A stretch of DNA of 64,000 bases from a virus, in IMG/VR virus record IMGVR_UViG_3300027714_000001, positions 1 to 64,000 of that record; one strand, given 5' to 3'. The stretch's first letter is position 1. Each line of letters starts with the position of its first letter. The notes beneath the pieces are model-generated. The model saw only the letters and a list, made by a program, of their open reading frames with translations, made no database searches and was not told the origin of the DNA. The position numbers were made by a program, and so were the translations under genes. This document shows, piece by piece, positions 21,265-31,339 of this stretch.

Positions 21265-22002
21265 TTAGTCAGAAGTCTTTTCAGCTAGTTTAGCATGCTT
21301 GGCTTCACCATCATAGTCAGTACAACTAACACCACGACGGGTTAATATAGATTTAATACCACGAGCACTACGGCCAGTCGCTTCTACAACATCTTCTACT
21401 GACATATTTGTAACGTCAATACCTTCTAGAATGTCCTTAGACTCTTTTGCTGTGCTTTTTTCTTGCTTGGGCATAGCTGCAATATCTTTTGAGCGTACTA
21501 ATGATAACGACTTACCACGCACACTTGCGATTGTCTTACCGAATGCTTCTGCAAGAACTTCCATTGTAGCTCCACCTTCTACTAAAGAAACAAACTTAGC
21601 TTCTTCGGCTTCTGTGTACGTACGAGGAGCAGCTTTCTTTTCTGCTTTACGAACTTTACCAAACAATTCCATGTTTAATAGCTTGCCCTGTACCTGTTTA
21701 GAGGTAAAGTCACCATTTTGGAAAGATGCTGCAATTTCTGCGTAAGTTAATAGGTTCTCATTAGCATTTACTAATGCTTCTAGAGCTGCTTCTTGCTCTG
21801 CTGTCCAAGCTGATGCTTTAGCAGTTGCCTTGGCTACAGTGAACTCCATTTTACGTAACTTGGCTCCGATAGAACGTGAAGTAGTACCCATTTCGTCTGC
21901 AATTTCTACTAGACGATCTTGAGATACTTCTGCTGTAATATCTCCTGCTAGTTGTGTTAGTGTTGCTGTGTTTATTTCGTTCCAGTTAATTTTAGTTGAC
22001 AT
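21265..22002 (-). CDS. D5: DNA-binding transcription regulator (T5 D5-like)
   Basis: Repeated WT/YT.EEE helical modules; T5 synteny after ligase B. Confidence 0.85.
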   Translation of the reverse strand: MSTKINWNEINTATLTQLAGDITAEVSQDRLVEIADEMGTTSRSIGAKLRKMEFTVAKATAKASAWTAEQEAALEALVNANENLLTYAEIAASFQNGDFTSKQVQGKLLNMELFGKVRKAEKKAAPRTYTEAEEAKFVSLVEGGATMEVLAEAFGKTIASVRGKSLSLVRSKDIAAMPKQEKSTAKESKDILEGIDVTNMSVEDVVEATGRSARGIKSILTRRGVSCTDYDGEAKHAKLAEKTSD

Positions 22003-22759
22003 ATATTTCCTCTAGGTCTGTTATTGTTAGTATTTGAATACCGTTATTTATTGCTTTTTTGTATGAAGATGATTGACTACCATCTTCGCTAATTAGATAC
22101 TTTACATCTTTTGTAACCGAACTTTTTACGTTGAACCCTAATGCTTCTAAATGAGCTTGGGCGGATGTTCTATTAGAGAAGTTGTCTAGCTTTCCTGTTA
22201 TTGATACAGTTGGCAGAGTTGTTTCAACTCGTACTTCCTGTGCGGTAAAAGTAGCTTCCCATAAATCTTTGTATATAGGCCAGTCTAATTCTATCCAGTT
22301 TATTAAATTTTCAGCTGCTTTGTCCCCGATGCCCTGCATTTTGCACATATTGAATGTGATGTTCGAAACTGAGTCGAATGAGAGTTTTCGCATAGCACCA
22401 TCTCCGATTAACGGGATAGAACAGGCAGCTAAAAAATCGTTTGGAGAAATACCTAGTCTAGTTCTATCTACTAAAACTTGTACTAGCTTGTGAGCCATAT
22501 GCTCTGATATTCCTTTAGATTGAGCGTAGTCAGTCGATAAGGTCAACAAATCGTTGAAATTATGTAGTCCTAGCTTTTCTAGTGTAGCTTCTCCGAATCC
22601 TTTTATCTTTAATTTTTTACAGAAGTTTTGTAGTCGCTTGGTAGATTGAGCAGGACAATCATCAGTATTTCTACAGAATAATTGGTCTTTGACTCGTTCA
22701 ATAGCAGAGCTACAAGAAGGACATTGTGTTGGAGCTAATATATTCATTATTTTTTCCAT
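21992..22759 (-). CDS. ligB: NAD-dependent DNA ligase subunit B (Zn finger, HhH, BRCT)
   Basis: PTQCPSC...CRN..CPAQ, IKGFGE, ITGKL...SSVTKDVKYLI. Confidence 0.9.
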   Translation of the reverse strand: MEKIMNILAPTQCPSCSSAIERVKDQLFCRNTDDCPAQSTKRLQNFCKKLKIKGFGEATLEKLGLHNFNDLLTLSTDYAQSKGISEHMAHKLVQVLVDRTRLGISPNDFLAACSIPLIGDGAMRKLSFDSVSNITFNMCKMQGIGDKAAENLINWIELDWPIYKDLWEATFTAQEVRVETTLPTVSITGKLDNFSNRTSAQAHLEALGFNVKSSVTKDVKYLISEDGSQSSSYKKAINNGIQILTITDLEEIYVN

Positions 22760-22854
22760 CTATAGTTAGTGCCTCAACTTCTGAAACTATTATAGCTAGA
22801 AATTGACAAAATTGCAAGAAGTTTTTAAAACTATTTTACGTGAGGTGTACTTAT

Positions 22855-23817
22855 TTAGTCGTATATCCTACCAATAATCTTAGGGATAATTTCGCCTGAA
22901 CGGATAACCTGTACTGTACAACCTATCTCTAGGTCAAGAGCTTCGATGTATGCTATATTATTTAAGGTAGCACGCGATATAGTTGCTTCTCCTATAACTA
23001 TTGGTTCTAAAATACCTACTGGAGTAACTTTACCACTCTTACCCGTCTGCCAAATAACTTCCATAAGTTTTGTACTTACTGCTTCAGCTTCTTCTTTGTA
23101 CGCAAATGCTCCGCGAGGGAATCTATCAGTAAACCCTAGTCTGTTAAACCCTACATTGGAATTAAGTCGGTACACTATACCGTCTGTAGGGTATATGTCT
23201 GACCAAGAAAATTCATCATTAGTAGATGCAGTTGAAAAGCCCCAATTATGTAAAGTTATTAAATCGTCTTTATAGGTTAATTCTAAACCCCATAGGTTTT
23301 GAACTACTTGTACGTTGTACGCAATGAACTCCATATCTCCTTCAGTACGTTTCTCCTGCCACACTTTCATATCTTTTTGATTTAGTGCACCACTAGCGTA
23401 GTTACGAGAGTTTTCCATATCTTTATGAGCGACTATCTCTCCAGTTATTTGTACAATGCCTTGTTTAGGAATAGTAGGAGGTACATTTAGAGTTCGTACT
23501 TTATCAGTAATGTCTCTGCCTTTAATACCATCTCCACGAGTCAAGGCTATTGTAAGCTTGCCATTAACATAGGTTAAGTCAGCTGCTGCACCGTCTAGCT
23601 TTTCAGATTTTACGTAGTCTCCTATAGGTAAAGCTCCGTCACGATCATAGTGCTTCTTTAAAGAGTACATTCTATACGCATGAGGAATTTCTCCTACGCC
23701 TGATATAATCTGGCCGTGGATACGTTCTAGTGCGTCATATTCTTCGTTACTTACAATAGGATTACCGTTATAGTATGCTTTTGAATATGCTGTCATTAAC
23801 TCTTTAATCTTTTGCAT
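22855..23817 (-). CDS. ligA: NAD-dependent DNA ligase subunit A (adenylation + OB)
   Basis: EKLDG, TRGDG, PTDGIV, WQTGKSGKVTPV, RSGEIIPKI. Confidence 0.95.
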   Translation of the reverse strand: MQKIKELMTAYSKAYYNGNPIVSNEEYDALERIHGQIISGVGEIPHAYRMYSLKKHYDRDGALPIGDYVKSEKLDGAAADLTYVNGKLTIALTRGDGIKGRDITDKVRTLNVPPTIPKQGIVQITGEIVAHKDMENSRNYASGALNQKDMKVWQEKRTEGDMEFIAYNVQVVQNLWGLELTYKDDLITLHNWGFSTASTNDEFSWSDIYPTDGIVYRLNSNVGFNRLGFTDRFPRGAFAYKEEAEAVSTKLMEVIWQTGKSGKVTPVGILEPIVIGEATISRATLNNIAYIEALDLEIGCTVQVIRSGEIIPKIIGRIYD

Positions 23818-24109
23818 CTTTTGCTTCCTGAATTACTTGATCTAAAACTTCTGCGTCACTTAACATACCTGTAAACGATTTATATAGTCTGGACGTAACA
23901 TGCAAGTTATACGGTAAAGTTACTCCGTTATTACTTGGAGCATATTCCCCTTCAAAGTCCATGTACCATTCTCGGATACCAACATAGGTTTGATCTCTAA
24001 ATTCTGAGATCGTGAACCTATATTGTATTCCTTTTAAGTCGTTTTCTAGTATGATTGTCTCTATGAGGTCAGTGTGTTCCTCGTAACGATCATTAGGTTT
24101 AGCGATCGT
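23804..24109 (-). CDS. PC4-like ssDNA-binding protein, non-ATG start (absent from ORF track)
   Basis: Manual translation ...ISEFRDQTYVGIREWYMDFEGEYAPSNNGVTL... is PC4-like; T5 position upstream of ligA. Confidence 0.8.
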   Translation of the reverse strand, partial: TIAKPNDRYEEHTDLIETIILENDLKGIQYRFTISEFRDQTYVGIREWYMDFEGEYAPSNNGVTLPYNLHVTSRLYKSFTGMLSDAEVLDQVIQEAKDAKD

Positions 24110-24365
24110 TCTGTAGTATTGCGCTAAGGGGGGTTAGCTTTTTTACTTTCTTATATTCGACTTTTACAAGTTTGTTGTAATTCCAGTTCCAAAGTAAAAC
24201 CTCAGTCTCAAGGTTTACTTTGATAGGATACTTAGAAGTCATAAACGGTTCGGTTATTTCTGCTGTACAAACTCCCCAAGCTGTTCCGCCTGTTACGGGA
24301 TTTTGGTAATACATGTAAAAATCTCCCATGTAATTCGCACTATTATCAAAAACAACTTTTAACAT
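24099..24365 (-). CDS. Conserved T5-like hypothetical protein
   Basis: ORF in operon between D3 and PC4-like gene. Confidence 0.7.
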   Translation of the reverse strand: MLKVVFDNSANYMGDFYMYYQNPVTGGTAWGVCTAEITEPFMTSKYPIKVNLETEVLLWNWNYNKLVKVEYKKVKKLTPLSAILQNDR

Positions 24366-24366
24366 A

Positions 24367-24777
24367 TTATTCTCCTACTAACGGCTGTAGTACACCAGTA
24401 AAGTACATTGCTGCTTTACCTGTTAATTTATCTAGAATCTCATTTTCTAGTGCAGCTGGATCGTTGTTAGATAACATAACAATAACATCTTTTAGAGCTT
24501 GGATAGCTTCTGCTTTGTTTACTCGCTTGCTAGTACCTGCGGCTGCTGTACCACCTGCTGCTTTAGCTGCGGGAGCTACTGCTGATTTTTTGATGTACAC
24601 CCCAGCTCTGCTAAGTATTGCACGAGTACCGTTTACGGCCTCTTCGTATTTAACAGCAAGTTCTTCTACAACTTCCATAGAGTTTAAGGCACGACTTTCG
24701 TCAGTGTCATACTCATTAGCCATAGTGTCTGTGTACTCTTGAATTACTGCGTCTTTCTTGTCTTGTGTCCAAGCCAT
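24367..24777 (-). CDS. D3: T5 D3-like DNA-binding protein
   Basis: MAWT..K...NGTRAILSRAGVYIKK...LTGKAA; synteny. Confidence 0.8.
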   Translation of the reverse strand: MAWTQDKKDAVIQEYTDTMANEYDTDESRALNSMEVVEELAVKYEEAVNGTRAILSRAGVYIKKSAVAPAAKAAGGTAAAGTSKRVNKAEAIQALKDVIVMLSNNDPAALENEILDKLTGKAAMYFTGVLQPLVGE

Positions 24778-24854
24778 TTTGTTTTTCCTTTTAGTTAATT
24801 TGAGAATCTATTATAAGCTAATTTGATACTTTGGTCAAGATGTTTTTTAATTTA

Positions 24855-25490
24855 TTATATGGGTTGCTCTTTGCTACAAAACTCGTCAGTAGGGAATTCG
24901 TGAACAACATAATTTCCTAGGTCTCTTGGCATAAAATTTAAATCTTCGTCACGACACAGCTTTATTATTTTTTCAACATGTTCTTTTGTAGATACATCAG
25001 GGTTAGTATTTATAGTAATTACTCCTGACTCACCCTTAAAGGCATTATCAAATCTAATAGAACTCTTTTTAGATAGTCCGCTAGGAGAGTAGTTTAAAGA
25101 CACACAACATTCTGAAAGACAACTAGCTTGATACTTTAATAAATAATTTCTTAAGTCTATTTGGTAAGGGGGACGTATAAATATAAAGTCAATGCTGTGC
25201 TTTAGTTTGGGAATAAATACTTCTATACGCTTAGACATCCAAGGTAACTTGTAGTAAGGGTTACGAGGGCCGAGGTCCGAGGGAGGTATAAAGTCTATTT
25301 TAGAACCTTCTAGGCCTATCTTAGTTAAAAACTCTTTAAACCCACAAGTAGTAATTTTAGATGTTGTGTAAATATCTATATCGTTGTAGTTGCCTCGATT
25401 TAGTATTAGTTTACGTGCGTAAGATCCTCCTATAACAAACTGCTCTGGAAATGTATCTCTGAGAGATTGTAGTAATTTTTCTACTATCAT
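24855..25490 (-). CDS. Pol-beta-superfamily nucleotidyltransferase-like protein
   Basis: VIGGSYAR...NDIDIY signature as in CCA-adding/poly(A) polymerase head domains. Confidence 0.55.
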   Translation of the reverse strand: MIVEKLLQSLRDTFPEQFVIGGSYARKLILNRGNYNDIDIYTTSKITTCGFKEFLTKIGLEGSKIDFIPPSDLGPRNPYYKLPWMSKRIEVFIPKLKHSIDFIFIRPPYQIDLRNYLLKYQASCLSECCVSLNYSPSGLSKKSSIRFDNAFKGESGVITINTNPDVSTKEHVEKIIKLCRDEDLNFMPRDLGNYVVHEFPTDEFCSKEQPI

Positions 25491-25756
25491 TTGGACACCA
25501 TTAAACTTTTCATTAGGTCAGGAAAGGTCATTGAGCCTTTAACTAATACTTTTCTTAATTCTTTCTCATCCCAACAGTCTTGGGGGCAGTCTATTTCTAG
25601 TTCGTACCCAAATTCTTTTATTACAGGTCCGCCTACCTCTACTCTGCTTAGGACTCCGTATACTGCTATTACTTTACAAGTGCCGTTACTTTCTGGAAAC
25701 TCTTTACTTACTAGCTGGACTCTTTCGCCTTTTTCATACAGGGGATGATTACTCAT
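25487..25756 (-). CDS. Hypothetical protein
   Basis: ORF overlapping neighbours. Confidence 0.6.
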   Translation of the reverse strand: MSNHPLYEKGERVQLVSKEFPESNGTCKVIAVYGVLSRVEVGGPVIKEFGYELEIDCPQDCWDEKELRKVLVKGSMTFPDLMKSLMVSK

Positions 25757-26427
25757 TGCATTGCCTTCTTTTTCTTGTTAGCTTCTACTAGAGTTTTGTT
25801 TACTTCGAAAGCAATTTCTTCGTTAGTAAGAGATGAACCTAGCAATTTAGATAAGTCTACACCTAGTTTTTCTATGTGAGACATGCTACCCAGTTCTGAG
25901 ACAGCTTGATAAGCGTACTCCATAGTGCCGTCTTTCCAGACACGAATACGGTAAGCGTTTTTGAATTTAGTTTTAACTTGAGCAATGCAACCATACTTAG
26001 CTGCCCAGACATACTGGCCGTCTGCAAAGCTATCTGCAATACATTCGTCAGGTAAAGCTGGAGGGCTTAGTGGATTAATTTTGTGATGCGTACGTAGCAT
26101 TGCACCATTTTTGTAAAGGTGATATTTGATTGTATCTGTGCTGCGGTAGAAAGACTCTGACAGCTCAGATAAAGAAGAACCAGAAAGATAGTCTGAAATT
26201 ATACCTACAAGCTCGTCATTGAGCAAAGGCAACTTACGCTTTTTTGCTCTGACTTCTTTGTCGATACGCTTTCGATTTAGGAAATCTTCTATTAGAGTCT
26301 CCATAGTACGGTTAGCAGAAACACCAATTATATCACAAGCGCCTTTCTTAGTGCCACCATCTTCTAGCCAATCTATAGCTCTGATAAATTGATCTTCTGT
26401 TATATCGTAAGTTTTTCGTCTAGCCAT
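25753..26427 (-). CDS. D2: T5 D2-like protein
   Basis: TKKGACDIIG and YLSG.SLSELS..FYRS helix-turn-helix-like segments; synteny. Confidence 0.8.
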   Translation of the reverse strand: MARRKTYDITEDQFIRAIDWLEDGGTKKGACDIIGVSANRTMETLIEDFLNRKRIDKEVRAKKRKLPLLNDELVGIISDYLSGSSLSELSESFYRSTDTIKYHLYKNGAMLRTHHKINPLSPPALPDECIADSFADGQYVWAAKYGCIAQVKTKFKNAYRIRVWKDGTMEYAYQAVSELGSMSHIEKLGVDLSKLLGSSLTNEEIAFEVNKTLVEANKKKKAMQ

Positions 26428-26495
26428 AATTTATTTGCCTTTTCGTTAATTTCTAAAACTATTATACGCAATTATTAGCTATTAGTCAAATGAAT

Positions 26496-26630
26496 TTAAA
26501 AATCATAATCACTAAGGCATCCTTCACATAGCAACTGATAGGCATGTTGTGGAATTTCATCCACTAACACTACGTTATCTATTTCTGTTAATTCTTCACA
26601 TTCTGTTTCGCACCAACTACATGTACTCAT
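26496..26630 (-). CDS. 44-aa zinc-finger microprotein
   Basis: Manual translation MSTCSWC...LLCEGC; ATGA overlap with upstream gene. Confidence 0.6.
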   Translation of the reverse strand: MSTCSWCETECEELTEIDNVVLVDEIPQHAYQLLCEGCLSDYDF

Positions 26631-26755
26631 ATGCTACTTCCCATTGAATGTAGTTCTACGCACTCTTTACAAAATAAAGATATTTCGTTTTCTACGAAAG
26701 AGTCATGTAAGGTAGTTACGTATACCTCTTTGTCGCAATATTCGCAACTACTCAT
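26627..26755 (-). CDS. 42-aa zinc-finger microprotein
   Basis: Manual translation MSSCEYC...FCKEC; ATGA overlaps on both sides. Confidence 0.6.
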   Translation of the reverse strand: MSSCEYCDKEVYVTTLHDSFVENEISLFCKECVELHSMGSSI

Positions 26756-27195
26756 ATCTGATTTCCCATTAGTTTGTCATTTAACTTTTCTAGTTTTTTC
26801 ATGTACTTAGTTTGAGCATTTAGCTCTGTAAGCAATATTTGAGCTGCCTGCAAGGTTAGATGGTAATTCTCTGCTAATTCATCATAAGAACTAAATCTTT
26901 CTGTAGATATAGGAGATACGTTATTTAACCATTTCTCTACACCCTCTTTAGAAAGTCTGTCAGGACTAGCTTCTTCTCTTAGTGTTCGTGGGTCTATTGC
27001 CATTTTTACTGTTCCTGGGTAGGTTAATATTGGGTTTTGTAAGAAGGGGGTGCTTTCTATAATAGGAATGCCCAAAAACTTTTGTAGTTTGTTTCTAGAC
27101 ATTCCTTTATATTTAACTTCAAATTTTGCTGTTAACTTAGCTAGGGCTTCCTCTGGAGTTTCTTTTTCTGATTTATTAAAGCTACTATACATCAA
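26752..27195 (-). CDS. Hypothetical protein
   Basis: ORF in operon. Confidence 0.6.
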   Translation of the reverse strand: MMYSSFNKSEKETPEEALAKLTAKFEVKYKGMSRNKLQKFLGIPIIESTPFLQNPILTYPGTVKMAIDPRTLREEASPDRLSKEGVEKWLNNVSPISTERFSSYDELAENYHLTLQAAQILLTELNAQTKYMKKLEKLNDKLMGNQI

Positions 27196-27436
27196 TATCT
27201 CTCTTTAAGCAAATAATTTTTTTCTTAAAATTAGCCACGTACTTCTCAAAGTTTGGTGGCAGTTGTTTTAGTTTTTGTACTAGATCAAAGAAGTCATGGT
27301 GTTGTGCCACAAACTCTGGAAGTACGCGACATACGGTAGTATATGTATCTTTGCCAGGTTTTACTTTAGTTGGCTTTTTCTTGTAAATACTATTATCAAA
27401 CTTCTTAGGAATCTCTCTCTTGGGAAACGGTTTCAT
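27185..27436 (-). CDS. Basic hypothetical protein downstream of obp
   Basis: ORF abutting obp stop. Confidence 0.6.
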   Translation of the reverse strand: MKPFPKREIPKKFDNSIYKKKPTKVKPGKDTYTTVCRVLPEFVAQHHDFFDLVQKLKQLPPNFEKYVANFKKKIICLKRDIDV

Positions 27437-30187
27437 TTATAACTCCTGTATTGGCTCTTGGTTAGGATTAAACTCTTTTGGTAATTCTACGCCTACTGTT
27501 TGCTCGCAATATTTTCTATACCACGAAATCAAAGAAATACTGTCTTTGCCTACTCCGCAACGCTTTAGAACTTGCTTTGCACGCTTTAGTCCACTAGAGT
27601 CCCTGTGTATGCCGTGTATAGACTCACCTGTCGCAAGATAGAATCTATGTCCTTTGGCGCGGAGAGCGAACATTAGAGCTTTTGGATCGGCAGCGAGTAC
27701 TTGCTCCCCGAAGTCTCTGTAGATTTTGTGGAAGAATTCTGCCTTCTCGTTAGGTTTCTCTTTGATAAATCTTTCTGCGTCTTCCCATGAAGGCTCACCC
27801 TCTATGTCATAATAAAACGTAAGCAATTGCTTAGCTTCATAAGCATCATTGTGGCGAACAAGGTTGATGTTTGATCTTGCACCTAGTATTGCGGTAACTC
27901 TTTCGATAAGATAGTTTTCTCTGTCCGTCTTGTCAATAGGGCTTAGGTAAGGAGTGTCCATAACTTGTATTTTTGCTCCTGCCTGTACTAGATAATAGTT
28001 GAATGTTGCGATATAAGTTTTATACTCGCGTTCTCTACGAGCAGCGTATGCTTTCCTAGCACCTATAGTAAATCCTTTGTCGACAGTTACGTCAGCATAG
28101 CCTGTAGAGTATACTTTCATATCTCTGAAATAGTAGTGTATTTCTTTAGGGTCCCGTTCTCGCATCATAGCTTGGTACCGCATATTAGGTGTGTGGTTCT
28201 CTGTATTAGTCAGCACAAAAACTGTGTCAAAGTAATTAAAGTCTACACCGTTAGTAATACTAGGACTACAAAATAAAGCGTCTATCTCTTGACGTCTAAG
28301 TGCTGCGGACGTATGGTTGACTATCTCGTCTACGTCTTTGTCTAGCTTAGAAGATGAATGTATAACCTTGATGTTTTTATCTGGTAACACTCTGTCAAAA
28401 GCGATTAGATACTCGTTAAGAGCTTTAGGAGAAGAATCCGAAACAAGCAAACATTTGTCTCCTATTTCTAGGTGGCCTTGTAGCGCACCCCACAGAGAGC
28501 TTTCCTTAGTATGTTTAAATACAGGTATGTTTTTTAGGTTTTGTCGCTTGTGATCTATTCTGCAAAGCTTTCTTGAACCTTCCATAAGATTAATATACTG
28601 TGCTACTGTTTCTTCGGATATGTCTCCATCACTAATGACTACTCTGTCAGTGTTTTGCAATAGCTCACTTAAAACTTCTGCTATCTGAATTTTGGTATCC
28701 TCTTTTATAATAGAGGCGAACAATAAATTATTCATTAACGAATCTGCTTCGTCGATAAACAAAAAGTCAAAAGAGTTGGTTAAGTGCTTAATCTTTAGCA
28801 ACGAGTGCAACGTACCTGACAATCGGTCTACTTCTCCAGATGCAAAGTCTAAGCAACCTGTAGGCGAGCGGAAATCTCTCGCAGGGCTGAAACGAGCTGT
28901 GTTAGACTCTACTAGTGCAGAGGTATCTGTGATTGCTAGGAACTTTCCGGGGATCTGTCCTGTTTTAAGCCAACGCTCAACATTGTAAGTTTTACCGCTA
29001 CCTAGTGTAGCTTTTAAGAATGTAACTGTATTCTTAGGAATATGCTTTTGAATGTCTAGGTATTTCTCGTGCGTGCCACTACTTATTTTATCTAGCTTTA
29101 GACCTAAGCATTCGGTAGGAAGCTCACGAACAGAACATGCTTTGATATTATTAATAGCACTTAGCTTACCTTGGCGGATGTACTCTTGAGCACTCCCAGG
29201 TCTTACACCTTCTATGATAGGAACTAATTCTTTTTCCAATTCTTTAAGTGAGTATTGACTTTGTATAGCACTGTGATATAAAGATATTACTGCGTTACGA
29301 AAACCAGAAGAATCTACTTTCCACGCACGTAAACTTTCTATCTTGTTATAGATAGTTAGGTTTTTATCTATGCCGCCTGTAATACTATCTAAGTAAAAGC
29401 TTCTTTCTTCCATAGTGGTAGCTATTGGCTTTACATAGGCAGCAGCAAACTCTGGAACTCTTGAGTTACTTCCGAAATGATAATACATTCTTTTACCTTT
29501 TAACGGGTCTACTGTACTATCTTCGAAAACAGGATATGAGGTATAGTGTGCTTGTATGTCGTGGTATAGAGCGGGGTCTATAAGATTTGTTGCAATTTCG
29601 AACTTTGCCTTGTAAGAAGAATTAATAATCGAAAATAAATTTCTAAGTTGCGCTTGCTCGATTTTGTGCGAATTTTGTAACCATAAGTGTAATTTTATAC
29701 AGTCAGTGAGTCCAGCACTAGAAGAGCCCTGAGCAATAAAGCCCATGTCGTCAGGAAAAATATTAGGGTTGCATTTATGCAAAATATTACATACATAGTG
29801 GCCGTGAGCAGCTATGTCAATATTGCTTAAATTAGGTGGGACTTTTAATTCGTCAATGTCCATACAAATAATATGGCTTTTGACGTTCTCTACTAGCTTG
29901 GCTTTACGTACAACGGTATCATTTATTTTAGCGTGCGTATATTTATGGCGAATAACTAGTGTCTTAGGGTTGTTACCTAAAGCTTCCAGAATAGGGCATA
30001 GCTCCAACAGTGTAGTTGGATTATGGAATTTGCCTAATCTAAACTTTCTAGGAAAGTTTGCAGGAGTCTTATTTAGGTTTTTATCTAAACGCTTAGTTAG
30101 CCACGTATTTTTGGCAAAAACTCTAAAATAGTTCCCGTCCTTGGAAACATCGTTGTAGTCACAAGCGTGTAATACGCTAAATGTCAT
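27437..30187 (-). CDS. obp: Replication origin-binding protein (primase-like N-domain + SF2 helicase)
   Basis: CMDID and KLHLW in N-domain; ATLGSGKT, FIDEAD, SPSITNGVDF helicase motifs; T5 synteny. Confidence 0.9.
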   Translation of the reverse strand: MTFSVLHACDYNDVSKDGNYFRVFAKNTWLTKRLDKNLNKTPANFPRKFRLGKFHNPTTLLELCPILEALGNNPKTLVIRHKYTHAKINDTVVRKAKLVENVKSHIICMDIDELKVPPNLSNIDIAAHGHYVCNILHKCNPNIFPDDMGFIAQGSSSAGLTDCIKLHLWLQNSHKIEQAQLRNLFSIINSSYKAKFEIATNLIDPALYHDIQAHYTSYPVFEDSTVDPLKGKRMYYHFGSNSRVPEFAAAYVKPIATTMEERSFYLDSITGGIDKNLTIYNKIESLRAWKVDSSGFRNAVISLYHSAIQSQYSLKELEKELVPIIEGVRPGSAQEYIRQGKLSAINNIKACSVRELPTECLGLKLDKISSGTHEKYLDIQKHIPKNTVTFLKATLGSGKTYNVERWLKTGQIPGKFLAITDTSALVESNTARFSPARDFRSPTGCLDFASGEVDRLSGTLHSLLKIKHLTNSFDFLFIDEADSLMNNLLFASIIKEDTKIQIAEVLSELLQNTDRVVISDGDISEETVAQYINLMEGSRKLCRIDHKRQNLKNIPVFKHTKESSLWGALQGHLEIGDKCLLVSDSSPKALNEYLIAFDRVLPDKNIKVIHSSSKLDKDVDEIVNHTSAALRRQEIDALFCSPSITNGVDFNYFDTVFVLTNTENHTPNMRYQAMMRERDPKEIHYYFRDMKVYSTGYADVTVDKGFTIGARKAYAARREREYKTYIATFNYYLVQAGAKIQVMDTPYLSPIDKTDRENYLIERVTAILGARSNINLVRHNDAYEAKQLLTFYYDIEGEPSWEDAERFIKEKPNEKAEFFHKIYRDFGEQVLAADPKALMFALRAKGHRFYLATGESIHGIHRDSSGLKRAKQVLKRCGVGKDSISLISWYRKYCEQTVGVELPKEFNPNQEPIQEL

Positions 30188-31332
30188 TTATTTAGTATGT
30201 CCATTATAACGCATGCAATAAACTCGAAATCGCTGACAGTACAACCTTTTGTAGTCATTGCGGCTGTACCTATGCGGATGCCACTAGTTTCTACAAAGCT
30301 TTTCTGGTCGTTAGGTATACTGTTTTTATTTACTGTTATTGCATTGGCTTCTAGGAGGTCAGCAGCTTCTCTACCAGAATGCTTAGTATTACTAAGGTCT
30401 AGTAAGATAATATGGCTGTCTGTGCCGTCAGTTTGCACTTTGTATCCGTTAGCCATAAATTGATGAGCCATAGCTTTAGCATTTAATACTACCTGATTAG
30501 CGTACTTCTCAAAGTCAGGGTTTAACGCTTCTGTAAAGCATTGAGCTTTAGCAGCTATTGTGTGCATTAGTGGTCCGCCTTGTGTGCCTGGAAATATAGC
30601 ACTGTTTATGGCTTTAGAATATTTCTCGTCATTCCACAAAATTATTCCGCCTCTAGGCCCACGCAAAGTTTTATGCGTAGTAGATGTAATAACATCTGCG
30701 TATCCTACAGGGCTATCATACACTTTACCTGCAATTAGTCCAGAGTAATGAGACATGTCGGCAACTAAGATAGCACCTACTTCGAAAGCAATTTGCTTAA
30801 ACGCAGACCAATCTATTGTTCTAGGATATGCACTAGCACCTGCAACAATTACTTTTGGCTTATGCTTCAAAGCAGCACTGTATACATCTAGCATGTCTAT
30901 ACGTCCAGACTCCTCATCTACTCCGTAAGTAGCACAATCGTACGTTTTACCTGACATATTAACAGGACTTCCATGCGATAAATGCCCACCTGCGGATAAA
31001 CTCATACCTAAGAGTTTATCACCTGGCTTCATAAAAGCTTGGTATACTGCGGAGTTTGCATTCGCTCCAGAATGGGGTTGAACATTAGCATAGTTACAAT
31101 TAAATAGCTTACATGCTAACTCTTGTGCGTATGTTTCTATAGCGTCCATGTTTTCACAACCGTTGTAATAACGTTTGCTTGGGTAGCCTTCTGCGTATTT
31201 GTTTGTAAATACACTACCTGATAGTTTTCGTACAGCCTTACTTGCAAAATTCTCACTAGCTATAAGCTCTATTGAAGAATCTTGTCTGTCTTTCTCTAAT
31301 TTTAATATTGTTTTAATGTATGGATGTATCAT
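30184..31332 (-). CDS. glyA: Serine hydroxymethyltransferase
   Basis: LIASEN, NKYAEGYP, GGHLSHG, TTHKTLRGPRGG, FPGTQGGP, SGIRIGT. Confidence 0.97.
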   Translation of the reverse strand: MIHPYIKTILKLEKDRQDSSIELIASENFASKAVRKLSGSVFTNKYAEGYPSKRYYNGCENMDAIETYAQELACKLFNCNYANVQPHSGANANSAVYQAFMKPGDKLLGMSLSAGGHLSHGSPVNMSGKTYDCATYGVDEESGRIDMLDVYSAALKHKPKVIVAGASAYPRTIDWSAFKQIAFEVGAILVADMSHYSGLIAGKVYDSPVGYADVITSTTHKTLRGPRGGIILWNDEKYSKAINSAIFPGTQGGPLMHTIAAKAQCFTEALNPDFEKYANQVVLNAKAMAHQFMANGYKVQTDGTDSHIILLDLSNTKHSGREAADLLEANAITVNKNSIPNDQKSFVETSGIRIGTAAMTTKGCTVSDFEFIACVIMDILNK

Positions 31333-31339
31333 TGTCTGC

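Noticed and set aside
21992-23817. Split NAD-dependent ligase as a novelty
   Set aside because: An established feature of T5-like phages
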